Source: Candidatus Eiseniibacteriota bacterium (GTDB lineage: Bacteria; Eisenbacteria; RBG-16-71-46). From it: DNA of 64,000 bases. The stretch is taken from positions 1 to 64,000 of the forward strand of contig OY970342.1 in NCBI GenBank assembly GCA_963717505.1, read 5' to 3'. Below are positions 21,124 through 29,539 of this stretch, one piece after another. The notes beneath the pieces are model-generated. The model was not told where the DNA came from and made no database searches. It worked only from the letters and a program-made list of their open reading frames with translations. The position numbers and the translations under genes were made by a program. Within the stretch, counting starts at the first letter, position 1. Each line of letters opens with the position of its first letter.

Positions 21124-21348
21124 TTACTCCTCTTCCACCGTCTCGTCATCGAGTTCCCCGAGGTCGTCCTCGTAGGTCTCGTCGAGATCTTCGTCGAAAT
21201 CGTCGTCACCGTCCTCGTCGAATTCATCATCGTCATCGTCGAGGTCGTCCTCCAGAAGATCGTCTTCCTCGTCCCCGTAGTCTTCGAATTCCTCTTCCGA
21301 AGCTCCACCGAGATCGTCGTCTTCCGGGGTGCCCTTCCGCTTCATCAT
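21124..21348 (-). CDS. Small, extremely acidic (Asp/Glu-rich) protein, 74 aa
   Basis: GAGG RBS 5 nt before the ATG at 21348 and a TAA stop. By manual count about 26 Asp and 18 Glu of 74 residues. Has its own upstream promoter. Confidence 0.7.
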   Translation of the reverse strand: MMKRKGTPEDDDLGGASEEEFEDYGDEEDDLLEDDLDDDDDEFDEDGDDDFDEDLDETYEDDLGELDDETVEEE

Positions 21349-21467
21349 AGCGTCCTCGTTCAAGTCGTTCCCTTTGCCGAAGCTCCCACGTCCTAAGGGC
21401 TTTCGCGCAACGCGCTTGGATGCGTTCCAGCACGCTCCGATGCGTGGGTTCTCGAAAAAGCATCGGC

Positions 21468-21495
21468 AGTATACGGAGCGCGTCTCCGCCGTCAA
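21468..21495 (-). promoter_or_regulatory. Putative sigma70 promoter for the acidic ORF-speD unit
   Basis: Minus strand TTGACG (21495-21490), 16-nt spacer, TATACT (21473-21468). Confidence 0.6.
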
Positions 21496-21572
21496 CAGGT
21501 TTCGGGAGAGGGTTTTGCGCCCGGCGGGTGCCGACCGAGCGGCCCGGTGGGCGGCCGGGAGGCGGCGAGAAA

Positions 21573-21649
21573 TGGCGGGGTTGACGGGACTCGAACCCGC
21601 GACCTCCTGCGTGACAGGCAGGCGTTCTAACCGACTGAACTACAACCCC
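21573..21649 (-). tRNA. tRNA-Asp (GTC)
   Basis: 77-nt sequence GGGGTTGTAGTTCAGTCGGTTAGAACGCCTGCCTGTCACGCAGGAGGTCGCGGGTTCGAGTCCCGTCAACCCCGCCA, with a 7-bp acceptor stem, GTC anticodon, TTCGA T-loop and encoded CCA. Confidence 0.97.
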
Positions 21650-21696
21650 GCAGTCGCACGCCCACGGTCGGGCCGTGGGCGTGGGAAAGAGGCCGC

Positions 21697-21726
21697 AGGA
21701 TATCCGCGGGGCTGCGAAAGTGTCAA
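21697..21726 (-). promoter_or_regulatory. Putative sigma70 promoter for tRNA-Asp
   Basis: TTGACA (21726-21721), 18-nt spacer, TATCCT (21702-21697), followed by a GC-rich discriminator. Confidence 0.6.
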
Positions 21727-21799
21727 TGATCGGGCCGATTTTCGCGCCCGGCGCTCTGCGCGGGCGGCGCCGCCCACGACGAGCCGGCGAGAAAGTGGG

Positions 21800-23140
21800 T
21801 CAGTACTGCCGGCGGATCTCGATCCCGGGGTAGTAGTGCCGCAGGATGTCCTCCGCCGAGCGGCCCGCGCGCGCCATGCCGAGCGCCCCGGTCTGGCAGA
21901 GGCCCACGCCGTGCCCGGAGCCTCCGCCCGACGCGACCACCTCGATCGCCTTCCGCGTCTCGGCGTCGCGCCGCACGTCGATCTTGAACAGGTTCGACCG
22001 GAGGATCGCGGTCGGGTTGCCGCCGCGCCGGAGCACCTGGCGGAGCACGTGCGCGGGAACCACGATGACGCCGGTGGTCGTCCGGACCTCGAGCCGCCAG
22101 ACCCGCCCGGAGCGCGAGCGCTCGGTCACCTTCACGTCGACCAGATCGCCGACTCCGGCGGCCGGCAGAGGGACTCCCTGGTCGCGGCCGTAGCGCCCGA
22201 GGTTGGCGGTGAATTCCCGGGCCGGCCACTTCTCCTGCCAGCGATGATGGGGCGAGGCGACACAATAGTCGCTGGCGGAGGCGCGGTCGCGATGACTGAC
22301 CAGGAAATCGAGCGGATCGGTCGGCCATGCCTCCCAGACGTCCGCGGTGATGCCGCCGCAGGTGGAGCAATAGTTGGCGCGGATCGGCTGGCCGCGGAAG
22401 AGGGCGACGGCGCCGCTCGTGGCCTGGACCACCCGGGTCGCGAGGGGGCGCTCGGTTTCGACCGGGCCGTAGACCTGGTCCTCGACCGTGCCGTAGAGGT
22501 CGAAGCCTTCGTCGCCGCGGCGCCCGCGGTAGAACAGCGTGTAGCTCCGAGCGGCAATCGCCTGGGCGCGACCGGCCTCGAGCAAATCGTCCGACAGGCT
22601 GCCGATCTCACCCGGCACGACGCCGAGCAGGTAGGTTTCGAGGCGCGAGCGCATGGCGATCGTCAGGCGTCCGCGCGGCCCGACGAAGACCTTGGCGAGC
22701 CCGCGCCAGGTCTTCCCTCTCCACCGCAGCTGACCGGCGAACGGGTCGCCTGCTGCCTGGCTCACCCACAACGTGTCGAGCGCCGGTAGTCTCGCCGCCT
22801 GGAAGTCGCCCTCCGGGTCCTGCCAGACGACCTCCCATGACTCACCCGCGCGGCGTACTTCGGCGCGACTCGCCTGGTCGCTCAGCTCACGGTCGCCGCG
22901 ATCCGACGTCTGGTAGAGCTTGAGGAGCCCGGTCGCGGGCTCGAGTCGCAACGAGTCGAGGTCCCAGCCGAGCCCGACGTCGAAAGTCGGCTCGTCGGGC
23001 GAGACACGGGGCGCCGGCTCGGCGGCGGCCTGAGCAAAGGCCGGAGACGAGCCCACTACGGCGAGCACCAGCGCTGCGATGCTCGCCCGGAGCGCGCACC
23101 TCAGCGGGTTCGGCCGCGTCGCGAGTCCGCACGCGATCAT
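21800..23140 (-). CDS. SpoIID/LytB-domain lytic transglycosylase, exported
   Basis: Signal peptide. Motifs LETYLLGVVPGE, AQAIAARSY, DQVY, STCGG and GHGVGLCQ.GA...ILRHYYPG. Confidence 0.88.
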   Translation of the reverse strand: MIACGLATRPNPLRCALRASIAALVLAVVGSSPAFAQAAAEPAPRVSPDEPTFDVGLGWDLDSLRLEPATGLLKLYQTSDRGDRELSDQASRAEVRRAGESWEVVWQDPEGDFQAARLPALDTLWVSQAAGDPFAGQLRWRGKTWRGLAKVFVGPRGRLTIAMRSRLETYLLGVVPGEIGSLSDDLLEAGRAQAIAARSYTLFYRGRRGDEGFDLYGTVEDQVYGPVETERPLATRVVQATSGAVALFRGQPIRANYCSTCGGITADVWEAWPTDPLDFLVSHRDRASASDYCVASPHHRWQEKWPAREFTANLGRYGRDQGVPLPAAGVGDLVDVKVTERSRSGRVWRLEVRTTTGVIVVPAHVLRQVLRRGGNPTAILRSNLFKIDVRRDAETRKAIEVVASGGGSGHGVGLCQTGALGMARAGRSAEDILRHYYPGIEIRRQY

Positions 23141-24351
23141 TTCGGGGCTCCCGGCGTCACCCGGCCCAGAACCACTTCATGTCGAGCGCCCGTGGCGCTC
23201 GGCAGGTTTCCGCTCTCGCCACACAGGGTGCGATGCCCCAGGAACGCGAAGGCCAGCGCCTCCTTGGCCTCGGGTGGAACCCCGAGTGCTGCGAGCGATT
23301 CGAGCCGGGCGGGCGCAACCGTGCGCGACAGAGACCTCATGAGTGTCGCATTGTGAACGCCTCCGCCGCTCGCGTACACCGCGTTGGCCGGTCCGAGCGG
23401 GAGCAGGAAGCGCGAAATCGCATCGGCCACGGAAGAGGCCGTCAGCTCGACCGCCGTCGCCAAAATGTCGGCATCGGCGAGGTTCATGTGGATGCCCAGC
23501 TCCACGAGCTTTGCCGCGTAGCGATCGCCGAACTGCTCGCGCCCGGTCGAGCGCGGCGGCGGGGTCGAGAAGAACGGATCCGCGAGCAGCTCCGAGAGGA
23601 GCGCCGGACTCGAGGTGCCGCTGGCGGCCAGCGCCCCACCCAGGTCCATGTGCCGTTCTCCGCCCGAGATCAGGCGCGCAACGCCGTCGATGACGGCGTT
23701 GCCGGGACCCGTGTCGAACGCGAGCACGTCGTCGAGCGACCCGCCGGGAGCGAGACGGGTGACGTTCGCCATGCCGCCCAGGTTGAGCAGCACACGGGTC
23801 TCGGTGTCCGAGCGAAAGAGCCAGAAGTCGGCGAGCGGCACGAGCGGCGCGCCCTGGCCGCCGGCGGCCGCATCGCGCGTGCGGAAGTCGCTCACCACCG
23901 GCAGGCCGGTCTCCTCGGCCAGGATCGCGTCCGAGCCGATCTGGAGCGTGTGCGTCAACGGCTGGCCGGGCCCGCGCGGGCGATGCCGAACGGTCTGGCC
24001 GTGACACCCGATGGCGTCGATCCGGTCCGGCGACACTTTGGCATGCTCGAGCAGTGCTCGGACCGCGGCCGCGTAGCGCTGGCCGAGGGCGACATCGAGG
24101 GCCATGAGCCGTTCGAGTGCCACGGTCTCGGATGCGGCCACGTCGAGCACCTCGGTGCGCAGTGCGTCACCGAGCGGAGTTTCCAGATAGGCCGCCAGCT
24201 CGAAGCGCAGGGCTCCCCCACGGCCGGTGAATCGGACCAACGCGGCGTCGACCGCGTCGGCGGAGGTTCCCGACATGAGGCCGACCACCCAGTGCTCCCG
24301 GCGTTCGGGATAGTCGCGCAGCCGCGCCCACGCATCCTTCGACGTCTTCAC
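23137..24351 (-). CDS. anmK: Anhydro-N-acetylmuramic acid kinase
   Basis: Motifs GLMSGTSADAVD, HGQTVRH, DFRTRD.AAGGQGAPLVP, NLGGMAN, FDTGPGN and KEALAFA. Confidence 0.95.
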   Translation of the reverse strand: MKTSKDAWARLRDYPERREHWVVGLMSGTSADAVDAALVRFTGRGGALRFELAAYLETPLGDALRTEVLDVAASETVALERLMALDVALGQRYAAAVRALLEHAKVSPDRIDAIGCHGQTVRHRPRGPGQPLTHTLQIGSDAILAEETGLPVVSDFRTRDAAAGGQGAPLVPLADFWLFRSDTETRVLLNLGGMANVTRLAPGGSLDDVLAFDTGPGNAVIDGVARLISGGERHMDLGGALAASGTSSPALLSELLADPFFSTPPPRSTGREQFGDRYAAKLVELGIHMNLADADILATAVELTASSVADAISRFLLPLGPANAVYASGGGVHNATLMRSLSRTVAPARLESLAALGVPPEAKEALAFAFLGHRTLCGESGNLPSATGARHEVVLGRVTPGAPK

Positions 24352-25232
24352 TTCTCGGCTCCGGCGAGGATGCCGGACAGGATGTGGCGCTGGAACGCGA
24401 TGAACACCGCGAGCACGGGAATCGAGGCGATGGTCGAGCCGGCCATGAGAAAACCCCAGTCCACGCTGTGCTCGGTCTGCGACAAGAGGGCAAGCCCCAC
24501 CGGCAGGGTCCGCAGGCGATCCGAGTCGACGAAGATCAGCGGAAACAAGAAGGAATTCCAGTTGGTCAGGAACGACTGGATCGCCACCACCGCGAGCACC
24601 GGGCGCAGGAGCGGCAGGACCACGGAGCCGAAGATTGCCCAATCGGAGGCCCCGTCAACCCGCGCCGCCTCCTCGAGCTCGATCGGCAACGCCAGCACGA
24701 ACTGACGCACCAGGAAGATGCTGAACGCGTCGACCGCGAACGGCAGGATCAGCGCGCCGTAGGTGTCGAGCAACCCGAGCCGCGCCAGCACCAGGTAGAG
24801 CGGGATCATCAGCACCTGCTTGGGCAGCATCAACGTCGCGACGATGCCGAGCGTCCAGAGCCGCTCGCCCGGCACACGGCGACGGGCGAGCACGTAGCCG
24901 ACCATCGCGGCGGTGATCACGTTGAGCCCGACCACGGCCGCGGCAACCACCGCGCTGTTCAGCAGGTAACGCGCGAGCGGCGTCTTGGCGAACAGCGCGC
25001 CGTAATTCCAGAATCCCAGAGGCCCGCCCAGAGCCCGCGCCAGCGATCCGCCGGAGGTCTCGGACAGGGAGACCACGAACATCCAGACGAACGGCAACAG
25101 CATGGTCGCGAGCAGAGGCCCGAGCCAGAGCCAGCGCACAGCGGAGCGTCCCCAGGGCGGTGGCGGGGCCGCCGGAATCTCGTCGGCTCGAGTACCCGCG
25201 CCTTCGATTCGCCGGGACGACGCCTCGGTCAT
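24348..25232 (-). CDS. Carbohydrate ABC transporter permease (CUT1, MalG-like)
   Basis: EAA loop ELEEAARVDGA, WNSFLFPL and TM helices. ATGA overlap with the upstream gene. Confidence 0.9.
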   Translation of the reverse strand: MTEASSRRIEGAGTRADEIPAAPPPPWGRSAVRWLWLGPLLATMLLPFVWMFVVSLSETSGGSLARALGGPLGFWNYGALFAKTPLARYLLNSAVVAAAVVGLNVITAAMVGYVLARRRVPGERLWTLGIVATLMLPKQVLMIPLYLVLARLGLLDTYGALILPFAVDAFSIFLVRQFVLALPIELEEAARVDGASDWAIFGSVVLPLLRPVLAVVAIQSFLTNWNSFLFPLIFVDSDRLRTLPVGLALLSQTEHSVDWGFLMAGSTIASIPVLAVFIAFQRHILSGILAGAEK

Positions 25233-26101
25233 GCCGCGCGTTCCTCGCGCTGCGCCACGAGCCGCATCTGCACCCACGCCAGAACCAGCGTGATCGCGAA
25301 CAGCAGATAGGCCACGGCGCTCGCGTAGCCCATGTGGAAGCGGTAGAACGCCTCCTCGTACAGGTAGTAGACGATGGTGGTCGTGGAGTGGAGCGGCCCG
25401 CCGCCGGTCATCACGAACACTTCGGCGAAGATCTGGAGGCTGCGCACCGTGTTGACCACCAGCACGAACAGCAGCGTCGGACGCAGCAGCGGCAGCGTGA
25501 TCTGGGTCAGGCAGCCCCACCACGAAGCGCCCTCGAGGCGCGCGGCATCGTAGAGCTCGCGCGGGATGGCCTCGAGACCGGCCAGGAAGATGACCATGTA
25601 GTAGCCGCTCGCCGACCAGACGTCCATCGCCATGATCGCGGGCAACGCGGTGTTGGGATCGAGCAGCCACGATGGTCCCTGGATGCCGAACAACGCCAGG
25701 AGACCGTTGAGCGAGCCGCCCGGCGCGTACAGTCCCTTGAACACCAGCGACAGCACGACCACCGAGACCACGGACGGCAGGAAGAAACCGACTCGAAATA
25801 ACGTCCGGCCGCGAAACGCCGTCTGAACGGCGAGGGCGAGGCCCAGCGCCAGCGTCGTGGTGAAGGGAATCGTCCCAACCACGAAGACACCGGTGTTGCG
25901 CAGCGCGCTCCAGAACTCGGGATCGGCGAGCGCGCGCGCGTAGTTGTCGAAGCCGACGAAACGCGTCCCCGCCCGGATCGGCGAGTAGTCGGTGAACGAG
26001 GTCACCAGGGAGAAGGCAAACGGATAGAGGCCGAAGAGCGCGAACGCGACGCCCCAGGGCGCGACCAGCGTCCACGCCGTCGCCCGCGAGTGGGTCCGCA
26101 T
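25229..26101 (-). CDS. Carbohydrate ABC transporter permease (CUT1, MalF-like)
   Basis: Motifs FVGFDNY, LYDAARLEGA, MTGGGP and GYASA. Confidence 0.9.
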   Translation of the reverse strand: MRTHSRATAWTLVAPWGVAFALFGLYPFAFSLVTSFTDYSPIRAGTRFVGFDNYARALADPEFWSALRNTGVFVVGTIPFTTTLALGLALAVQTAFRGRTLFRVGFFLPSVVSVVVLSLVFKGLYAPGGSLNGLLALFGIQGPSWLLDPNTALPAIMAMDVWSASGYYMVIFLAGLEAIPRELYDAARLEGASWWGCLTQITLPLLRPTLLFVLVVNTVRSLQIFAEVFVMTGGGPLHSTTTIVYYLYEEAFYRFHMGYASAVAYLLFAITLVLAWVQMRLVAQREERAA

Positions 26102-26104
26102 GAT

Positions 26105-27349
26105 CTAGCGCTTCCGGGCCGCCAGCTCGTCGATGGTCTTGCCCGCCGCCGCAACCGCCTCGGCCGCGGTCTTCCGCTTGTAGAGGGCCTGCTCGACTTC
26201 GTCTTCGATCGCCGCCTCCATTTCGACCCACATCGGATGGTTGGGCGTCGGATAGGCGGTCTCGAACTGCCGGATCATCAACTGTTCGCCCGGATTCTCG
26301 CGGTAGTAGGCCATGGTGTCGGCGCCCACCGTCGCGGGCTGGACGCTCTTGGCCGCGCGCGCCAGGGCCAGTGCGTTCTCCGGTCGCACCAGGAAACGCG
26401 CCAGTTCCTGGGCGCCCTGCTTGTTCTTCGACGTGTGGAAACTCACCAGCACTTCGCCGCCCGCGAACGATGCATGCGTGCCGCGGTCGGTCTCGGGCCT
26501 CGGGACCAGGGCCACTCCGTAGCGGAGTGCCGGTGCATCTCGAGGAATGGACTTGAGCAGCCATGCACCCGACAGCACGAGACCCAGGCGACCTTCCTTG
26601 AATTCGCGATCGAGCACGTCCTGCCGGTCCGTTCGGCCGACCTTGGCCAGACTGAGGTAGAACTCGAGGGCTTCGACGTTGCGCGGCGAGTCGAACTCGG
26701 AACGGGTCAGATCATCCGACAGAATCTGTCCGCCATTCCCCCACGCGAGCGGCATGAACTTCTTGAACAGGACGTAGCGTTCGCCCGCCTGAACGCCGAA
26801 CCCCGCCACGCCGTCCCCCAGGGCGTGGATGCGCTCGGCGGCCTCGTGCAGCTCGGCCCAGGTCTCGGGCGGACGCGTCGAATCGAGCCCGGCCCGGGCG
26901 AACAGCGTACGGTTGTAGAACAGCGCCCGCGTGCCGAGCACCCAGGGCACACCGTACAGCGCGTCGCCGACGGTGACGATCGCCCAACCGTTGAGCGCGG
27001 GGCGCAGGTCGGCCATCCCGGCGCTCCAGTCGACGAGCACGTCGCCGTCCAGCATGCGCGGCATCCAGGTCGAACCGAGCTCGCACAGATCCGGCACGTT
27101 GCCGGAGGCGATCGAGGCCGTGATCTTCTCGAGGCCGCTCTGCCAAGTGAGTTGCTCCATGCGCACGGTCACGCCGGGGTGCTCGGCTTCGAACTGCCGG
27201 AGCAGGGGGTCGATGACTTCGGCCGGCCAGAACTGCCAGAAGACGATCTCGGTCGTCTTCTTCGGGCCGCAGCCGAAGATCGCGACCAGGAAGAGACCGA
27301 GTGCAAGAGCCGCCGACCATCGGCCGGGATTCCACCGGAGCTGCGTCAT
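26105..27349 (-). CDS. Sugar ABC transporter substrate-binding lipoprotein
   Basis: Lipobox IFGC. SBP family 1 pattern FEAEHPGV.V, G.VPD, LFYN..LF..AG and PPETW.EL. Confidence 0.88.
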   Translation of the reverse strand: MTQLRWNPGRWSAALALGLFLVAIFGCGPKKTTEIVFWQFWPAEVIDPLLRQFEAEHPGVTVRMEQLTWQSGLEKITASIASGNVPDLCELGSTWMPRMLDGDVLVDWSAGMADLRPALNGWAIVTVGDALYGVPWVLGTRALFYNRTLFARAGLDSTRPPETWAELHEAAERIHALGDGVAGFGVQAGERYVLFKKFMPLAWGNGGQILSDDLTRSEFDSPRNVEALEFYLSLAKVGRTDRQDVLDREFKEGRLGLVLSGAWLLKSIPRDAPALRYGVALVPRPETDRGTHASFAGGEVLVSFHTSKNKQGAQELARFLVRPENALALARAAKSVQPATVGADTMAYYRENPGEQLMIRQFETAYPTPNHPMWVEMEAAIEDEVEQALYKRKTAAEAVAAAGKTIDELAARKR

Positions 27350-28266
27350 CGGTCCTCCTCGAGTGCCGCGCGCACGAATCCGCCGGCCGCCGCGAGTCGG
27401 CCTTCGGCGTCCTCGCGCGAGCAGCCCCGTTTGAGCATGACGATCGCGGTCTTGACGCTCTTTCCCGCCGCCTCGATCGCGCGTGCCGCGGCGTCGTAGT
27501 CGACGCCGGCCACGGTCATCACCGTGCGCCGGCTGCGCTCGACCAGCTTCTCGCTGGTCGCCATCAGGTCGACCATCATGTTCTCGTAGGCCTTGCCCAT
27601 GCGGACGAAGGCCGCGGTCGTGATCATGTTGAGCACCAACTTCTGGGCGGTGCCGGCTTTCATGCGCGTCGATCCCATGAGCACTTCGGGGCCGACCACC
27701 GGGCAGATCGCGACGTCGACGTCGAGCGTGAACTCCGAGCGCGGCGTGCAGGTCACGTACGCCGTGCGCGCACCCCGGGCGCGCGAGGCCGCGAGGGCGG
27801 CGACCACGAAGGGCGTGCGCCGGCTGGCGGCGATCCCGATCACCGTGTCGCGGGCACCGACCTCGCGCACCGCCATCGCCTGACGACCTTCTTCCTCTCG
27901 ATCCTCGGCGCCCTCGACGGCGCGAACCAGCGCCCCCTGGCCGCCGGCAATCACGCCTTCGACCATGCGCGGATCGGATCCAAACGTCGGTGGACACTCC
28001 GAGGCATCGAGCACGCCGAGCCTGCCACTCGTGCCGGCGCCGACGTAGATCAGGCGCCCGCCCTCGCGGAACGTCGCGACCACCAACTCGACGGCCCGGG
28101 CAATGTAGGGCGCTTCGGCCGCCACCGCCGCGGGGACGGTCCGGTCCTCGGCGGCGATGCGATCGAGTATGCCTGGGATCTCGAGTCGATCCAGGTCGAG
28201 GGTCTGCGGGTTGCGCTGCTCGGTCGCAAGTCGCGCGAATTCCTCGAAGCGCGTCCGGTCGTCCAT
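27346..28266 (-). CDS. murQ: N-acetylmuramic acid 6-phosphate etherase
   Basis: Motifs TEQRNP, GAGTSGRLGVLDASECPPTF, GPEVLMGSTRMKAGTAQKLVLNM and NMMVD. Confidence 0.96.
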   Translation of the reverse strand: MDDRTRFEEFARLATEQRNPQTLDLDRLEIPGILDRIAAEDRTVPAAVAAEAPYIARAVELVVATFREGGRLIYVGAGTSGRLGVLDASECPPTFGSDPRMVEGVIAGGQGALVRAVEGAEDREEEGRQAMAVREVGARDTVIGIAASRRTPFVVAALAASRARGARTAYVTCTPRSEFTLDVDVAICPVVGPEVLMGSTRMKAGTAQKLVLNMITTAAFVRMGKAYENMMVDLMATSEKLVERSRRTVMTVAGVDYDAAARAIEAAGKSVKTAIVMLKRGCSREDAEGRLAAAGGFVRAALEEDR

Positions 28267-28392
28267 GAGACGCGGGTTCTCCGGGGTGGGGCGTCGGCCG
28301 TCCGTGAGCGGCAAGGATGCCATGCCCGCGAACACAGGCGCAATCCTGCGACCCGCGGCGAGACGACATGTACAACGTGCTAGCGTGACGCC

Positions 28393-29283
28393 ATGCCCGA
28401 GCTTCCCGAAGTCGAGACCGTTCGCCGCATGCTGGAGGCTCACGTCGTCGGCCGGCGCGTGAGCACGGTGCGCCGATCGCGATTACCCTTGCGACGGATG
28501 CCGCCCGACCCGGCCCTGCCGCGACGTTTGACCGGAAACGAGGTCCTCGCGATCCGCCGTCACGGCAAGTACCTGCTCATGGACCTGAGCGGAGGCTGGT
28601 CGCTCCTCTCCCATTTGGGGATGAGCGGGCGCTGGCTCTTCGTCGAGCGAACGCCGGGCCCCCGACTCGACCACGTCCATGCGCGCATCCGTTTCGAAGA
28701 CGGCACCGAGCTGTGGTTTCAGGACCCGAGGCGCTTTGGCCTGCTCCGCGTGGTCGAAACTGCCGCCGCTCGCCAGGACCCCGCCCTCGCGTCGCTGGGA
28801 CCCGATCCTGTGCTCGAGCCTCCGTCGGGCCCGCGACTCGCGGTACTGGCCCGAGCGTCGGTGGCGCCGATCAAGAGCTTCCTCATGGACCAGCGGCGGA
28901 TCGCCGGCGTCGGCAACATCTATGCAAGCGAGATCCTCCACCGGGCGCGCGTTCATCCCGCTCGGCGGACGTCCAGCCTGTCGCCGAAGGACTGGGCGGC
29001 GATCTCCCGCGAACTGGCGGCGGTGCTCGGCGAGGCCATCGACCGGATGGGGACGACGTTCAGCACGTATCGAACGCTGTGGAACGAGCCCGGAGGTTTC
29101 GGGGACCAGCTCCGCGTCTACGAGCGGGCCGGTCAGCCGTGCCGGGTTTGCGGAAGACCCATCCGGCGCCTGGTTCAGGCGAATCGCTCATCATTCTTCT
29201 GCCCCGGGTGTCAGCCTGCTCGCTCGACGAGCGCCAGGAAGGGTTTTCGGGCGTCGCGGACGCCACGGCGCCGGGCTGGGTGA
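28393..29283 (+). CDS. mutM: Formamidopyrimidine-DNA glycosylase
   Basis: Motifs MPELPEVE, GKYL, HLGMSG, DPRRFG, GVGNIYASE and a C-terminal CxxC...CxxC zinc finger. Confidence 0.96.
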   Translation: MPELPEVETVRRMLEAHVVGRRVSTVRRSRLPLRRMPPDPALPRRLTGNEVLAIRRHGKYLLMDLSGGWSLLSHLGMSGRWLFVERTPGPRLDHVHARIRFEDGTELWFQDPRRFGLLRVVETAAARQDPALASLGPDPVLEPPSGPRLAVLARASVAPIKSFLMDQRRIAGVGNIYASEILHRARVHPARRTSSLSPKDWAAISRELAAVLGEAIDRMGTTFSTYRTLWNEPGGFGDQLRVYERAGQPCRVCGRPIRRLVQANRSSFFCPGCQPARSTSARKGFRASRTPRRRAG

Positions 29284-29539
29284 CCTGCCCCTGCACGGAT
29301 GTTCGTCCGTAAGCGCATGTCCGAACGACGATTGACATGAACTGAACCCCGGTTCACATCCCGAATTCACCTCGAGTAGCAATGGAACTGTAACTTTTTC
29401 TTCCTCGACCTCCTTAGTCGTTGCTCTGCCGCAGGCTTGCCCCTAGTCTGTGGGGCTGACCACCTCGTTGGACTCGAGGGAACGACTACCACGGGGGCCG
29501 AGTTTGACTGCGATGATCGATATTTCGTTGGAGGGGTTC

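Noticed and set aside
21124-21330. (TCG/TCA)n-like repetitive tract as a tandem repeat or CRISPR
   Set aside because: The periodicity comes from Asp/Glu codons of the acidic ORF, and there is no repeat-spacer structure.
21573-21649. tRNA-Asp as an integration site for a genomic island
   Set aside because: No integrase was found, I noticed no duplicated tRNA 3' end, and the flanking genes are housekeeping.
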